Part shown: piece after piece, positions 51,136 through 60,859 of the stretch
Layout of the letters: each line of letters starts with the position of its first letter
How positions within the stretch are numbered: the first letter of the stretch is position 1
DNA from: Escherichia phage vB_EcoM_OE5505
Reading direction: 5' to 3' (one strand)
Sequence record: NC_054926.1
Length of the DNA stretch: 64,000 nucleotides
The notes under the pieces: model-generated
Databases searched by the model: none
Told to the model about the DNA's origin: nothing
Seen by the model: the letters and a program-made list of their open reading frames with translations, nothing else
Position numbers and translations under genes: made by a program

Positions 51136-51663
51136 TTATGCGAGTACCGTCTTTAACCGTTCTTCAAACTTCCGAAGAGTATTTTGGCGTTCAGCTCTTT
51201 GCTTTTTGTAAGTTTCAATACGCTCTGAAATGAGAGTGTATCGTTCATTTACTGATTCTTTCATAAAATCAGGAATTTCACGAGAAGCTTTAATCTCATC
51301 AAATTTATCAATAACAGCTTGCTCTTCAGCAATTAAGTTATCATACATCAAAATATCTTTCTTGATGAACTCAATATCTTCTTGAGTTACACGAGATAAT
51401 TTAGATGCTTTATCCTTTTTGTACTGTTCGTTAGTATCACGAGACCAGTGTAATGTACGATTTTTATTCGTATTCTTGTAAATTTCTACAATACCAATCT
51501 CATCGATAATAACGATCCAATTCCAACGAGATTTGTAAATTTGTCCTCCGTCAACCGTGATTTCACCTCCGATTGAGATGTCATTAAAGAACTTGCTTTG
51601 TGCTTCTGATTTAAATTTACCATCGTTGTAATTTACCAAGTTGAAAATATCTTTAGCGTTCAT
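51136..51663 (-). CDS. hypothetical protein (about 175 aa)
   Basis: Start reassigned to MNAKDIF downstream of early promoter. Confidence 0.5.
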   Translation of the reverse strand: MNAKDIFNLVNYNDGKFKSEAQSKFFNDISIGGEITVDGGQIYKSRWNWIVIIDEIGIVEIYKNTNKNRTLHWSRDTNEQYKKDKASKLSRVTQEDIEFIKKDILMYDNLIAEEQAVIDKFDEIKASREIPDFMKESVNERYTLISERIETYKKQRAERQNTLRKFEERLKTVLA

Positions 51664-51690
51664 TTTCTGTTCCTCCGTAGTTGATAGTTG

Positions 51691-51721
51691 TATAGTACCA
51701 CAGAGGAACGGTCTTGTAAAC
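51691..51721 (-). promoter_or_regulatory. T4-type early promoter with conserved leader
   Basis: GTTTAC 51716-51721, TGGTACTATAC -10. Confidence 0.6.
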
Positions 51722-51723
51722 AA

Positions 51724-52038
51724 CTAAAAGAAACTTCTTTCACAATTTTTTCCACTGAACCACGCGCTCACTGCTTTCTTAGTCTCAGGAGCAGTGTTAT
51801 CCATAAACCATTCAAAGGCAGCCTTTTTATGATTCTGGAGGGCTTCTCGGGCTTTAATCTGCTCACGGTCTATTAACACTAACATATGAGCCTTTCTTGT
51901 CACCAGGGGCTTCTTATGATTTTTTGAATACTCCCAATCATTTGTCCATCGCATCGTTGTTGCGAACTGAAATACAGCTTCTTTAATTTTAGTTTCGTAA
52001 ATTTCACGAGCCTTTGAGTATAACATCACTACCTCCAT
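51724..52038 (-). CDS. hypothetical protein (104 aa)
   Basis: ORF. Confidence 0.45.
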   Translation of the reverse strand: MEVVMLYSKAREIYETKIKEAVFQFATTMRWTNDWEYSKNHKKPLVTRKAHMLVLIDREQIKAREALQNHKKAAFEWFMDNTAPETKKAVSAWFSGKNCERSFF

Positions 52039-52127
52039 TTACCAGTTTAATTCTAGTCATCTTTTTGATGGCAGTCCATATAATCTATTTCTGAACTGTC
52101 TTTTTGTCATAGAAGGCCTCTCATGAA

Positions 52128-53096
52128 TTATTTCAGAAGAGTAACCTCAGCGATTTCTTCCCAACCGTTTTTGTCGGTCATAATAAAGTCAGCAAGATAA
52201 AGTGCAGTACGCAGTGAAACATTGCGTAAACGATTAACATTGACTTTCATCCATGATAATGCTTTATAAGTTTCTTCATCAGAAAGACCGCGTTTTTGCA
52301 TCATGTCAGTTGAAAGAATAACATCTTCAACCCTGACCATAATTTCTTCATTAGTGTGAACACCCAAATCTAAATAAACTGAGCGGGACACTAATGCTTG
52401 TAAATGTGGAGCAAGTTTAGTACCACGATCTAATTCGCGGTCAATATCAACGTTTGTGATAAAAACAATCGTTCCTTTAAATTCAAACTCACGCTCAATG
52501 CCTTTTTCTTCTAAGTAAGAAGATGCGGTGCTCCAGCAGACTTTACGGGTCTCTCCGGTGTCCAGAGCAGCTTTCAGAAGATTAAGAATGTCCATATCAG
52601 AGAAAACATCCACATCATCAATCAAAAGGACAGAATTCTCTTCACGATTATTCCAAAGCTGTTCATAAAGACCGATACCAGAGATTTTACCATTAATGCT
52701 TTTATATTCAATGTATCCAATATCATTTGCTTTATTTAAAGCTTTATCTAAAGAATACGTTTTACCAATACCTGCCGCACCAGAGATAATTAATGAACGA
52801 ATGTTTCCGTTAATAATACCATTCGTCATCATTCCCATAACATTAAATCTTTTATTAATGCGGGTTTTCATATCTTCATACGATTCTTTAACTTCTTCAA
52901 CTTTTACACCATCATATGAAATGTCTGATTTGTAAACCCAAACACCGCGACGTTTACCGTCAATTTCAACAAAAACTTTACCATCTCCTTGTGCATCTAC
53001 CGGAGCATTATCTGGGAACCATTCGCCTAAGAGCTCAAAAGTTCCAGAGATTTCTTTACCGAAGTAGATACCCTTATTGATAGTTACAGTTTTCAT
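52128..53096 (-). CDS. P-loop ATPase (AAA-like, about 322 aa)
   Basis: Walker A GAAGIGKTY, Walker B LLIDDVD; start reassigned to MKTVTINKG. Confidence 0.6.
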   Translation of the reverse strand: MKTVTINKGIYFGKEISGTFELLGEWFPDNAPVDAQGDGKVFVEIDGKRRGVWVYKSDISYDGVKVEEVKESYEDMKTRINKRFNVMGMMTNGIINGNIRSLIISGAAGIGKTYSLDKALNKANDIGYIEYKSINGKISGIGLYEQLWNNREENSVLLIDDVDVFSDMDILNLLKAALDTGETRKVCWSTASSYLEEKGIEREFEFKGTIVFITNVDIDRELDRGTKLAPHLQALVSRSVYLDLGVHTNEEIMVRVEDVILSTDMMQKRGLSDEETYKALSWMKVNVNRLRNVSLRTALYLADFIMTDKNGWEEIAEVTLLK

Positions 53097-53130
53097 TTTA
53101 TTCTCCAAATCCGTATCAGTTGATAGTTGT

Positions 53131-53160
53131 ATAGTACCATAAAGCTTTATGCTTGTAAAC
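53131..53160 (-). promoter_or_regulatory. T4-type early promoter with conserved leader
   Basis: GTTTAC 53155-53160, TGGTACTAT -10. Confidence 0.6.
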
Positions 53161-53190
53161 AGTTTTGTGAAAAATTTTTGAAATAAAAAA

Positions 53191-53210
53191 AGGGAGCCCG
53201 AAGGCTCCCT
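53191..53210 (-). terminator. tetraloop hairpin terminator
   Basis: agggagcc-cgaa-ggctccct. Confidence 0.55.
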
Positions 53211-53211
53211 A

Positions 53212-54225
53212 TCATTTATAATAACTTCGGTGGTTTTCAAGATAGACCTTCTCAAGGAAGTCATCCCAGAAACTCATGTCTACTGTTTTAGGCATACCAT
53301 TCTTAGAAGCTTCAGTAGATGCTGCTTCTACTTGATCGACCACATCTTCCAAAAACTCTTGAACTGTTTTAAATGGATGTTTACCCAACTTCACGTCGAG
53401 AATAAATGGAGCATCTTGGAGTGGATAAATCAAGTCGCCAGTTTTGTAAATTTCCAATAGTTGAAGTCCACCACGACAAGCATGACTTAGTGCTTTCCAA
53501 TCAATACCTTCATTAGCTTCGGCCTTACGAGCACGTTCACCATATTCAGCATCTAATTTGTTCAGTGACTGCTTAAGCTCAATAAGAGAAAGCGTTGTCT
53601 GATATTTACGACCCAGCACTGTATAGAACGTTTGTGGACCTGTTTTCTCATGATTATGGAACACCCATTCACAGAATTCGTTTTCTGGAAGACGATGCTT
53701 AATATCTTCAACTTTAGTACGACGCTGCTTAATGGAACCGTCTTCTTGGTAATCAACCCATTGCTCAGGGATTTGATTAACTACTTTCAATACATCACGT
53801 AATGCAGCCAAACGAGAACCCTTGACGCCGTATTTAGAAGCTTGCTTGCGGACATATCCTAAATAGGATTTCATGTTAGTCGTATAAAAACGAGAACGGT
53901 TGTCTTGAATAAACTTCCACACATCAGGCAAATCAGATTTAACCACTAGTTCAGGTGGAGTGTGAAGCATATCCAATGCTACAGTTTCACCATCTGCTGC
54001 TAATTTAAAGAAATATTTAAGACTGTATAGTTCATGGTCAATATCATCTTTAGTGTTTTTAGATGATGTGTTGTTAGTGTTTTTACTCATGTGCTCTTTG
54101 ACATTTCCGATAAGAATATCACGAGCAGGAGGAACAAAAATTTCTTTAAAATCTACATCAGATTCTGGGGTAGAAGTTCCATAAAGATGACTACCAAAAT
54201 AGCTTTTCATTACTGTTTTCATCAT
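53212..54225 (-). CDS. predicted nucleotidyltransferase (Pol-beta superfamily-like, 337 aa)
   Basis: GSHLYGTSTPESDVD matches GS...D.D nucleotidyltransferase signature. Confidence 0.55.
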   Translation of the reverse strand: MMKTVMKSYFGSHLYGTSTPESDVDFKEIFVPPARDILIGNVKEHMSKNTNNTSSKNTKDDIDHELYSLKYFFKLAADGETVALDMLHTPPELVVKSDLPDVWKFIQDNRSRFYTTNMKSYLGYVRKQASKYGVKGSRLAALRDVLKVVNQIPEQWVDYQEDGSIKQRRTKVEDIKHRLPENEFCEWVFHNHEKTGPQTFYTVLGRKYQTTLSLIELKQSLNKLDAEYGERARKAEANEGIDWKALSHACRGGLQLLEIYKTGDLIYPLQDAPFILDVKLGKHPFKTVQEFLEDVVDQVEAASTEASKNGMPKTVDMSFWDDFLEKVYLENHRSYYK

Positions 54226-54692
54226 TCAGCCTTATATTCAATAACAGGACATACTTTAGCTTTACGAGCTTTTAAAAATTCAACGATAATCGATTTCTTG
54301 GGTTGAATAGGAGGTAAACCTTTATACGCCCTATCAATATTTTCTATGTGTAAAGCATAATCCTTTTTCCATTTATAATCTTTATAATCTTTATATTTTT
54401 CATGCAAATGCGCAGGAATAACAAATGAACCGATAATAAGTAAAACAACCAAAAGCGCAAGTATAAATGCTGATGGAAGAAGAGTCCATAAACTACCGAA
54501 AATAAGCCAACGTTGTAGGCTTTCTGCACAAATAATTGTTAGACCTGCGAGTATAGTACATCCGAAAAAAGAAACGAAAAATGTAGGGATAACAATAGAC
54601 CAAAAGTATGCACACAGTGTCTTAGGTCGTTTCCATTCGTCGTTAAACAGTTTGAATAATTTATAGTGCCAAGAGTTTTCATTAATAATCAT
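54222..54692 (-). CDS. membrane protein (156 aa) with KYKDYKDYKWKKDY tract
   Basis: Three hydrophobic segments. Confidence 0.5.
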   Translation of the reverse strand: MIINENSWHYKLFKLFNDEWKRPKTLCAYFWSIVIPTFFVSFFGCTILAGLTIICAESLQRWLIFGSLWTLLPSAFILALLVVLLIIGSFVIPAHLHEKYKDYKDYKWKKDYALHIENIDRAYKGLPPIQPKKSIIVEFLKARKAKVCPVIEYKAE

Positions 54693-54694
54693 AA

Positions 54695-55216
54695 TTATCC
54701 TTTCATTGAAGGTGTAACAGTTGTTAAATACTTAATCATAGCTTCAGCTTCTGATTTTGATAATGAAATTTCTTCATTGTTTTGACGAATAGAAATAAAA
54801 TCCGGATGACGGTCACCACCAGCTTTTAAAACACACATATAAGTATCAGCTTCGCCTTCAATATTTGAAATGATTGAAGCAGTTCCACATGAATGCGGTT
54901 TTTGATAAATCAATACAGCTTTTCTTCCACCATTTGACTGTTCATAGGCTTTTAATACATCAAGCAAATCAGTTCTTTTATCAATAGCTAAGATGTTATT
55001 TTCATCTTCAATATTAAATCCTTCGGATACTTCATAAAGAGTTACCCATAAATCACCGATGTCAATAACAGCATTTACTTTTCCACGGCTTTCAAGAGTA
55101 TGACAAATTTTCTTGATTTCGTCATAACTCATTTTAATAATATCATCTCCTTGACTAAGGAAGATGTCATTTTTAAATTCAACACGAATTAAACCACTTC
55201 CACTTGAAATAAACAT
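54695..55216 (-). CDS. hypothetical protein (173 aa); tandem paralog of 55223-55777
   Basis: Shared GFNIE and C-terminal SEAEAMIKYL-type segment. Confidence 0.5.
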   Translation of the reverse strand: MFISSGSGLIRVEFKNDIFLSQGDDIIKMSYDEIKKICHTLESRGKVNAVIDIGDLWVTLYEVSEGFNIEDENNILAIDKRTDLLDVLKAYEQSNGGRKAVLIYQKPHSCGTASIISNIEGEADTYMCVLKAGGDRHPDFISIRQNNEEISLSKSEAEAMIKYLTTVTPSMKG

Positions 55217-55222
55217 ATTTCC

Positions 55223-55777
55223 TCACTTTGAAATCATAATTGGAATGACAGAATCAAGATAAGTCTTTAGCGCAATAGCTTCGTCTTTGGTAAATGTGAC
55301 AATATGTGCTCGAAAATCGTCAATTTGACGAATAGATACTACATCTCCCTCTTCATAGCATTTTGACACATTTAAAATAGTTTCATCATTCTGATTGCAA
55401 GCGTTAGTAATAATAGCATTGCAATTTTTAAACCATTTTAAACTGTGTTTTCTTTCATTAGAATAATAAAAATATTTAATCTTATCTATAAAACTATCCC
55501 AATGGATAACTGATAAGCATATTGACTCGCTTTCAATATTAAATCCTGGGCATGAAGAATAAAAATGAATTTTATGCTCATCATTAATGCTTACAATTTT
55601 ATCAGTATAAGGATTTTCAATTTGGGTTAAATGAATGATTTCACTAGGCGTAAAATATAGCATATCGTCTTCTTGTGTCAAACGATACATATTATTTACT
55701 TTTTCTATAGCCAATTCACCAAAAAGTGAACTAACTTCTAATACTAATCGTTTCATATTAATCCTTTTTATTGGCAC
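55223..55777 (-). CDS. hypothetical protein (184 aa); tandem paralog
   Basis: ORF. Confidence 0.5.
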   Translation of the reverse strand: MPIKRINMKRLVLEVSSLFGELAIEKVNNMYRLTQEDDMLYFTPSEIIHLTQIENPYTDKIVSINDEHKIHFYSSCPGFNIESESICLSVIHWDSFIDKIKYFYYSNERKHSLKWFKNCNAIITNACNQNDETILNVSKCYEEGDVVSIRQIDDFRAHIVTFTKDEAIALKTYLDSVIPIMISK

Positions 55778-56036
55778 GAATTTGTTCTAAAATTTTAGAG
55801 TATTCCTTTGTATCAGATTTACGTACAATCGATACACTATACGGCATACTATCGGTGTCTTTTATAAAGCGTTCCAAATGACACTCTAATAAAATTTCTG
55901 GATTATAAATCGTGTACATCAAATTACCTGTTGCTCCACGATATTGACAGATTTCTACTGATTGAACACCATTCCATAATTTTGTTAAGACCAAATCACC
56001 TACTTCTAATTTAGGAAAGCCCATGTTATTCACCAA
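55758..56036 (-). CDS. hypothetical protein (92 aa)
   Basis: ORF. Confidence 0.45.
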   Translation of the reverse strand: MVNNMGFPKLEVGDLVLTKLWNGVQSVEICQYRGATGNLMYTIYNPEILLECHLERFIKDTDSMPYSVSIVRKSDTKEYSKILEQIRANKKD

Positions 56037-56211
56037 TTAAAGTTTCAATATAAGAATCAAGATTTACTTTAGCTTCTTCCATAAGAGTTTTGTATTTAAT
56101 CTTGTTAGCATGTCCGGAGAAAGCTGATTCATCAATAACTGTTGATGTATGAACAGCTCTACTATACGTCTCAATTAATTCTCTTAATTTAAAAGCCTGC
56201 TCACTTGTCAT
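56026..56211 (-). CDS. hypothetical protein (61 aa)
   Basis: ORF. Confidence 0.4.
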   Translation of the reverse strand: MTSEQAFKLRELIETYSRAVHTSTVIDESAFSGHANKIKYKTLMEEAKVNLDSYIETLIGE

Positions 56212-56342
56212 TACATACTCCTTTGAATCATATCAATAATATTGTTCACCAGATTATAGGTAAACATTGGGTAATTATATTGAATCATCACATATATAAC
56301 AAACAAAACTTTCATTCTCTTCTCCTTGACAGTTGACAAGAT

Positions 56343-56373
56343 TACTATACCATAACCTTGCCAACTTGTAAAC
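56343..56373 (-). promoter_or_regulatory. T4-type early promoter
   Basis: GTTTAC 56368-56373, TGGTATAGTAA -10. Confidence 0.55.
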
Positions 56374-56547
56374 CGTTAAATGTTGTTTTCAATAAAATTC
56401 TGAAGCTTTGTGTGAGCATCAACCATGATTTTCATTTCTTCTTTGGCGAAAGCTGTACCTCTTTCCCGAGAAGAACACTCATAGTCAGAAACTGCATTAG
56501 CATATTCTTCAATTAGCTTCATTAAAAACATCTGCTTTTCAGTTTTC
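56374..56547 (-). CDS. small hypothetical protein (57 aa)
   Basis: Hand-translated ORF. Confidence 0.35.
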
Positions 56548-56733
56548 ATTATTCCACCTAATCATTTCAAGATATTGAACTAACTTAGCTTTAGATTTAT
56601 CCAAATCCTTTTTAGCTGCTTCTATACCATCGTATGAATATCCTTCACAATGCTCAACTGCTAATTGATATGAATCTATTTCAATATCACGTGCTAATTT
56701 AATGATTTTTTCAAACTGTTCGCGTGTTAGCAT
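56539..56733 (-). CDS. hypothetical protein (64 aa)
   Basis: ORF. Confidence 0.4.
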   Translation of the reverse strand: MLTREQFEKIIKLARDIEIDSYQLAVEHCEGYSYDGIEAAKKDLDKSKAKLVQYLEMIRWNNEN

Positions 56734-56735
56734 AC

Positions 56736-56975
56736 TTACACTCTCGTATTATGATCGATAATTTCATCAAGAAACATATCTAACGCTTCTATAGCATTAT
56801 CCACTTTAGTTTCAAAGTCTTTAATGCCTTTATTCGAAATACCCGATGAATACCAAGCAAAGTCAATCAGCTCTTCATCTGCTTTACGAATTAAAGCTAC
56901 CAATTCCTTAATTTTATCTGCTTGTTCAATTCTAGTCATTATTCCACCACATATGAAAGAGAGAATATTGCACAC
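56736..56975 (-). CDS. hypothetical protein (79 aa)
   Basis: ORF. Confidence 0.4.
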   Translation of the reverse strand: MCNILSFICGGIMTRIEQADKIKELVALIRKADEELIDFAWYSSGISNKGIKDFETKVDNAIEALDMFLDEIIDHNTRV

Positions 56976-57127
56976 GCCATATGAGTTGCAGCTTCATCAC
57001 ACATATCATAACGTTTCTTAAGAAGTTCTACAAGTTCTTCACTAGTAACTTCATCCATGTCGACGAAAAAATCACCATTAATGATGACGTAGATATTTCC
57101 TTCTTGATTAAGTGCTTCAATTTTCAT
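56939..57127 (-). CDS. hypothetical protein (about 62 aa)
   Basis: Start reassigned to MKIEALNQ downstream of early promoter. Confidence 0.4.
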   Translation of the reverse strand: MKIEALNQEGNIYVIINGDFFVDMDEVTSEELVELLKKRYDMCDEAATHMACAIFSLSYVVE

Positions 57128-57152
57128 GATGTTCTCCTCTTTATTCGATGGT

Positions 57153-57185
57153 TGTATAGTACCACAGCTCAAACGGAAAGTAAAC
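57153..57185 (-). promoter_or_regulatory. T4-type early promoter
   Basis: GTTTAC 57180-57185, TGGTACTATAC -10. Confidence 0.6.
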
Positions 57186-57200
57186 CGGTAAAATGAAAAA

Positions 57201-57218
57201 AGTCTCCCGAAGGAGACT
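57201..57218 (-). terminator. tetraloop hairpin terminator
   Basis: agtctcc-cgaa-ggagact. Confidence 0.55.
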
Positions 57219-57222
57219 AATG

Positions 57223-57609
57223 TTATTCGAGGGAAAGAAGATATTTACTCTGGTAAAACATCCCAGTAATATCATCTATCGTGCTTTGAATGGCTGGAGG
57301 CATTTCTTTATAAATGCTGTTAGATTGGTCTAGTATGCGATCAATCATTTTAATTGTGTCGGTAGGAAGTTTACTGGCATCTGGAATAGAAGGCGTGTAT
57401 TTTCTACCAGAATACCCCAAATATTGCTCACCAAATTTATCAATCAAATCTGGCAACTCAGAGAAAATAAAATCGTATGCTTTGTGTCTAGCATAACTTT
57501 TAGTTTCAAAATGCGCAGAATGAAAATAAGCTTGTGCAGCCATTAATAAACCTAAGTATTCATCTGCCTTTGAAGGTTTTCCACTTTGTGAAAAGTCGCT
57601 GAATTTCAT
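57223..57609 (-). CDS. hypothetical protein (128 aa), rI.-1 position
   Basis: ORF. Confidence 0.5.
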   Translation of the reverse strand: MKFSDFSQSGKPSKADEYLGLLMAAQAYFHSAHFETKSYARHKAYDFIFSELPDLIDKFGEQYLGYSGRKYTPSIPDASKLPTDTIKMIDRILDQSNSIYKEMPPAIQSTIDDITGMFYQSKYLLSLE

Positions 57610-57899
57610 TCAGTCTCCAATTTAATGTTCATAATTCTAGCGTATGATTGTGCCATCTCCGCGCCTCGCTCTATACATTCAAAATCGGAAGAGCACGGGT
57701 CATTTTTATAAGTCGTTCGCATAAAACTATAGAACTGTTCAGATGATTCTACGCTTTTGTTTTCAAAAAGCATATAAACGTGTCTAATACCAGATTCCAT
57801 AAATTTATCAAAATGAGGATCGACATTCGCTTCAATTGGTGGAGATAAAGCAAACGCTAATCCTAGCATGGCAAATAGTTCCGTTGCTTTTAAGGCCAT
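57606..57899 (-). CDS. rI: lysis inhibition regulator RI (97 aa, signal-anchor)
   Basis: N-terminal hydrophobic segment; size and position next to tk. Confidence 0.7.
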   Translation of the reverse strand: MALKATELFAMLGLAFALSPPIEANVDPHFDKFMESGIRHVYMLFENKSVESSEQFYSFMRTTYKNDPCSSDFECIERGAEMAQSYARIMNIKLETE

Positions 57900-57911
57900 A
57901 AAGGCCTCCTA

Positions 57912-58124
57912 TCATTTTTGTCCTGTATTTACTTTATGCCGATGCACGGCCTTAACTTTATCAAGGTATTTTTCAAAATTTCGCAATCTAGTATAGTCTG
58001 CCGGAGATTGGTTGAGTGATACTTCTCGACGCAAAGCTGAAATGATATTTCCAACTTCCCTACGAATTTCATCTAATTGAAGAACAGTAAGATTGCGAAG
58101 TTGCTTTTCAGTTAATTGTAGCAT
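57912..58124 (-). CDS. hypothetical protein (70 aa)
   Basis: ORF. Confidence 0.45.
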
Positions 58125-58166
58125 ATATACCCCTTTAGTTAGATAAACCTATTTATAACTTTTGCA

Positions 58167-58748
58167 CTAACCGAGCTTTTTAGTTAATTCATTCCAATGT
58201 TTTCTACACAAAGAAACATAAATTTCATCACCAATACAGATTTGATTACCTTCTTTAACTGGTGTTCCATCTTCCGTTAATCGAGCTGTCATAATCGCTT
58301 TTTTACCGCAATGACAAACCGCCTTTAGTTCAATAAGTTTATCTGCAATCGCTAAAAGTTCTTTAGAACCTTCAAACAATTTTCCAGCGAAATCAGTCCT
58401 TAATCCATAAGCCATAACAGGAACATTATATGTATCAACAATTCGACTTAATTGATGCACCTGTTCAGTTTTTAAAAACTGGGCTTCATCTACAAATACG
58501 CAATGAATATCTTTTTGTGCTTCAGCCCATTTATAGAACTCGAAAATATCCATATCATCTGTAATAATATTCGCTTCCTGTTTAATTCCAATGCGAGAAA
58601 CAACTTCACAGACAGAATCGCGAGTATCAATAGCGGGTTTAAGAACTAATACACTCATTCCACGTTCTTTATAATTATGTGCGGCAGTCAAAAGAGAAGC
58701 AGATTTTCCAGCATTCATTGCTGCATAAGTAAAAATTAAACTCGCCAT
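58167..58748 (-). CDS. tk: thymidine kinase (193 aa)
   Basis: P-loop NAGKSAS, zinc-ribbon CHCG...C..C; size matches T4 Tk. Confidence 0.9.
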   Translation of the reverse strand: MASLIFTYAAMNAGKSASLLTAAHNYKERGMSVLVLKPAIDTRDSVCEVVSRIGIKQEANIITDDMDIFEFYKWAEAQKDIHCVFVDEAQFLKTEQVHQLSRIVDTYNVPVMAYGLRTDFAGKLFEGSKELLAIADKLIELKAVCHCGKKAIMTARLTEDGTPVKEGNQICIGDEIYVSLCRKHWNELTKKLG

Positions 58749-58757
58749 ATCACCTTC

Positions 58758-58943
58758 TTAAAGCGTATTCACATAAGCTATTAATTCGTTTTCTTTCTTA
58801 TCAAACCGATCAGCAAATTCTTCTTGCTGATCGGGAGATAGCGGGCCGTATTCATCATAAAAGGTGTTTGCTTCTGTATGCTCATCTAGAAGTTCATGGA
58901 TAAGCTCAAACAATTTATCTTTTTGTTCTTTACTCAGACTCAT
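58758..58943 (-). CDS. hypothetical protein (61 aa)
   Basis: ORF. Confidence 0.45.
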   Translation of the reverse strand: MSLSKEQKDKLFELIHELLDEHTEANTFYDEYGPLSPDQQEEFADRFDKKENELIAYVNTL

Positions 58944-59109
58944 ATATTAATTTCCAGGAGTTTTAAAATAATTCGCTTTTGCTTAAATATTTCCATAGTT
59001 AAATGACCAGTATCTTTTTGACCGATTCCAATGGCAAAACCTTTATTGACAGCGAGTTCAATTAAATTATCAAGCTCACGTAACACTTCATACTGTAACT
59101 CAAAACTAT

Positions 59110-59337
59110 TCATTTCGGTTTACCTTCTTTAACGAAATCAGGATAAGGATAAAATCCTGAATAAAATCCTTCACCTTTATGATTGATGCATCCTTTATTA
59201 GAACAATAGCACCAATAATCGAAATCACAAGCCATTTCATCATTACATAAAGCAAAAACAACTGGCCATTCACACTTTTCGCAGTGGGCATTTTTAAGAA
59301 TACTAGTTTGGCTCATAACCATGTAACCTTTAAACAA
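59110..59337 (-). CDS. Cys-rich small protein (75 aa)
   Basis: ORF. Confidence 0.4.
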   Translation of the reverse strand: MFKGYMVMSQTSILKNAHCEKCEWPVVFALCNDEMACDFDYWCYCSNKGCINHKGEGFYSGFYPYPDFVKEGKPK

Positions 59338-59525
59338 TATTCTTCTACATGTTGTTTACGACCTTTCCTATCAATAAAGGTATATTCAACGAATGTTCCA
59401 ATATAGTCTTTATCTACATCATGTGGACTATTAATTGGGCATTTAGTACGGCAAATGCGTTCCCATTGACGAATAATTTCCACTTTGTTTTTAGGATCAA
59501 ACGGATGCGGGTAATGTACTTTCAT
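59313..59525 (-). CDS. hypothetical protein (70 aa)
   Basis: ORF. Confidence 0.4.
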   Translation of the reverse strand: MKVHYPHPFDPKNKVEIIRQWERICRTKCPINSPHDVDKDYIGTFVEYTFIDRKGRKQHVEEYCLKVTWL

Positions 59526-59976
59526 AATCCACCACTATTAAATCAATATCAGGAGTAAACATGTCGATTAATTTAGAAACCTTATCCCAATCGCCGCCAG
59601 CAATACCGCAACCTATGCGTGGAATGTAAATTACTGGTTTAAACAAAAGGGTTTCTGCCTGTAGATTTAATTCTATCATGCAGTTTACTAAAGCACCATA
59701 ATCAAGATTAGGACCCGGTTCGTATTGTGTATACAGGTTATAGCATATACCAAATCCCGTAGGACTATGTTTAAAAACAATAGACATATCGCCTAATTTA
59801 TCACGAGAACCGTACTCGGTAGTGGTTTTATCTATTTCTAAAATTTTGGGATAGGCTCTTGCTAATTGACCCGCTACGCCAGAGCCCATTGTGTGGAAGC
59901 AATTGCACCCGTGCGCAATAATATTACCTTGAAGAAATAGGGCGACAATATCGCCCTTGATATATTTTACAATCAT
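59497..59976 (-). CDS. macro domain-like protein (159 aa), putative ADP-ribose binding/processing
   Basis: GDIVA...IIAHGCNCFHTMGSGVAGQL resembles macro-domain N-terminal signature. Confidence 0.55.
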   Translation of the reverse strand: MIVKYIKGDIVALFLQGNIIAHGCNCFHTMGSGVAGQLARAYPKILEIDKTTTEYGSRDKLGDMSIVFKHSPTGFGICYNLYTQYEPGPNLDYGALVNCMIELNLQAETLLFKPVIYIPRIGCGIAGGDWDKVSKLIDMFTPDIDLIVVDYESTLPASV

Positions 59977-60314
59977 CTAGTACTCAATCCTCGATTATAA
60001 GAATCTACTAAACGGTCAACCATTGAATGACAAGCGGCTTTATCTTTCTCCTCCGCAACTGAACATTCTAAGGTATTCCACTTTTTAGCATATCGTTTTA
60101 ACAATGTATCATTTTTGTATCTGCTTGATTTATCTCTTTCTCCGTCTTTATATGCATATATTAATTTCTGCGCAAATTCAGCTTGGCATGCTTTATTTTT
60201 CCCGCAATAATCCGCTGCAGTACGGTTTACATACTCTCTAATTTCAGTATATGATGTATCTGCTAACACAGAAAATGAAATTAATCCTATACATAAAACC
60301 AAAATTTTAGTCAT
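59973..60314 (-). CDS. vs: secreted protein (113 aa, signal peptide), vs position
   Basis: Signal peptide; position between tk cluster and regB as in T4. Confidence 0.4.
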   Translation of the reverse strand: MTKILVLCIGLISFSVLADTSYTEIREYVNRTAADYCGKNKACQAEFAQKLIYAYKDGERDKSSRYKNDTLLKRYAKKWNTLECSVAEEKDKAACHSMVDRLVDSYNRGLSTR

Positions 60315-60852
60315 TTACTATTTCCAAAAGTTTATTATTTTTAAGGTAATTAGCCTTTTCTAGGACTTCAGAAGCATATTTAGAACCTGCTTTAACATTC
60401 CATCCCGAATTATAAGATGATATTGCTTTTCTTATATCACCCTTATGTATATTTAACCAATAAGAAAGTTCAATGTACGCCCAGGAAGCTGAATTGGACC
60501 GTTTATTCAACATTCTTTTTATTTCAGCATCGGTCATATTATAACCAAGTTCCTTGACTCTCGCTCGCATAGTAGGCAAATAATTTTGGAACATTCCATA
60601 GGCATGATGCTTTGGTTTAGATTTTAAATTAACTCCGGCAGAGCTTTCTTGCCACAAAATAGCAGCCATTATATGACCTAATCCGCTCTTATGGATGTTT
60701 TTGTGTGTTTTATATTTTCCATCCTTAGAAAATTGTTCCCCGAATTGATACGCGTAACGCATGTTATCGAGTTGGACATTACTGAAAGTATGCTCGGAGC
60801 TATGTGCCATCATTGAAATGGCCAATAGACCAGCGAGTAGTGCTTTTCTCAT
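60307..60852 (-). CDS. secreted lytic transglycosylase-like protein (SLT domain, 181 aa)
   Basis: Signal peptide; WQESSAG catalytic-type motif. Confidence 0.55.
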   Translation of the reverse strand: MRKALLAGLLAISMMAHSSEHTFSNVQLDNMRYAYQFGEQFSKDGKYKTHKNIHKSGLGHIMAAILWQESSAGVNLKSKPKHHAYGMFQNYLPTMRARVKELGYNMTDAEIKRMLNKRSNSASWAYIELSYWLNIHKGDIRKAISSYNSGWNVKAGSKYASEVLEKANYLKNNKLLEIVND

Positions 60853-60859
60853 GCTTACC

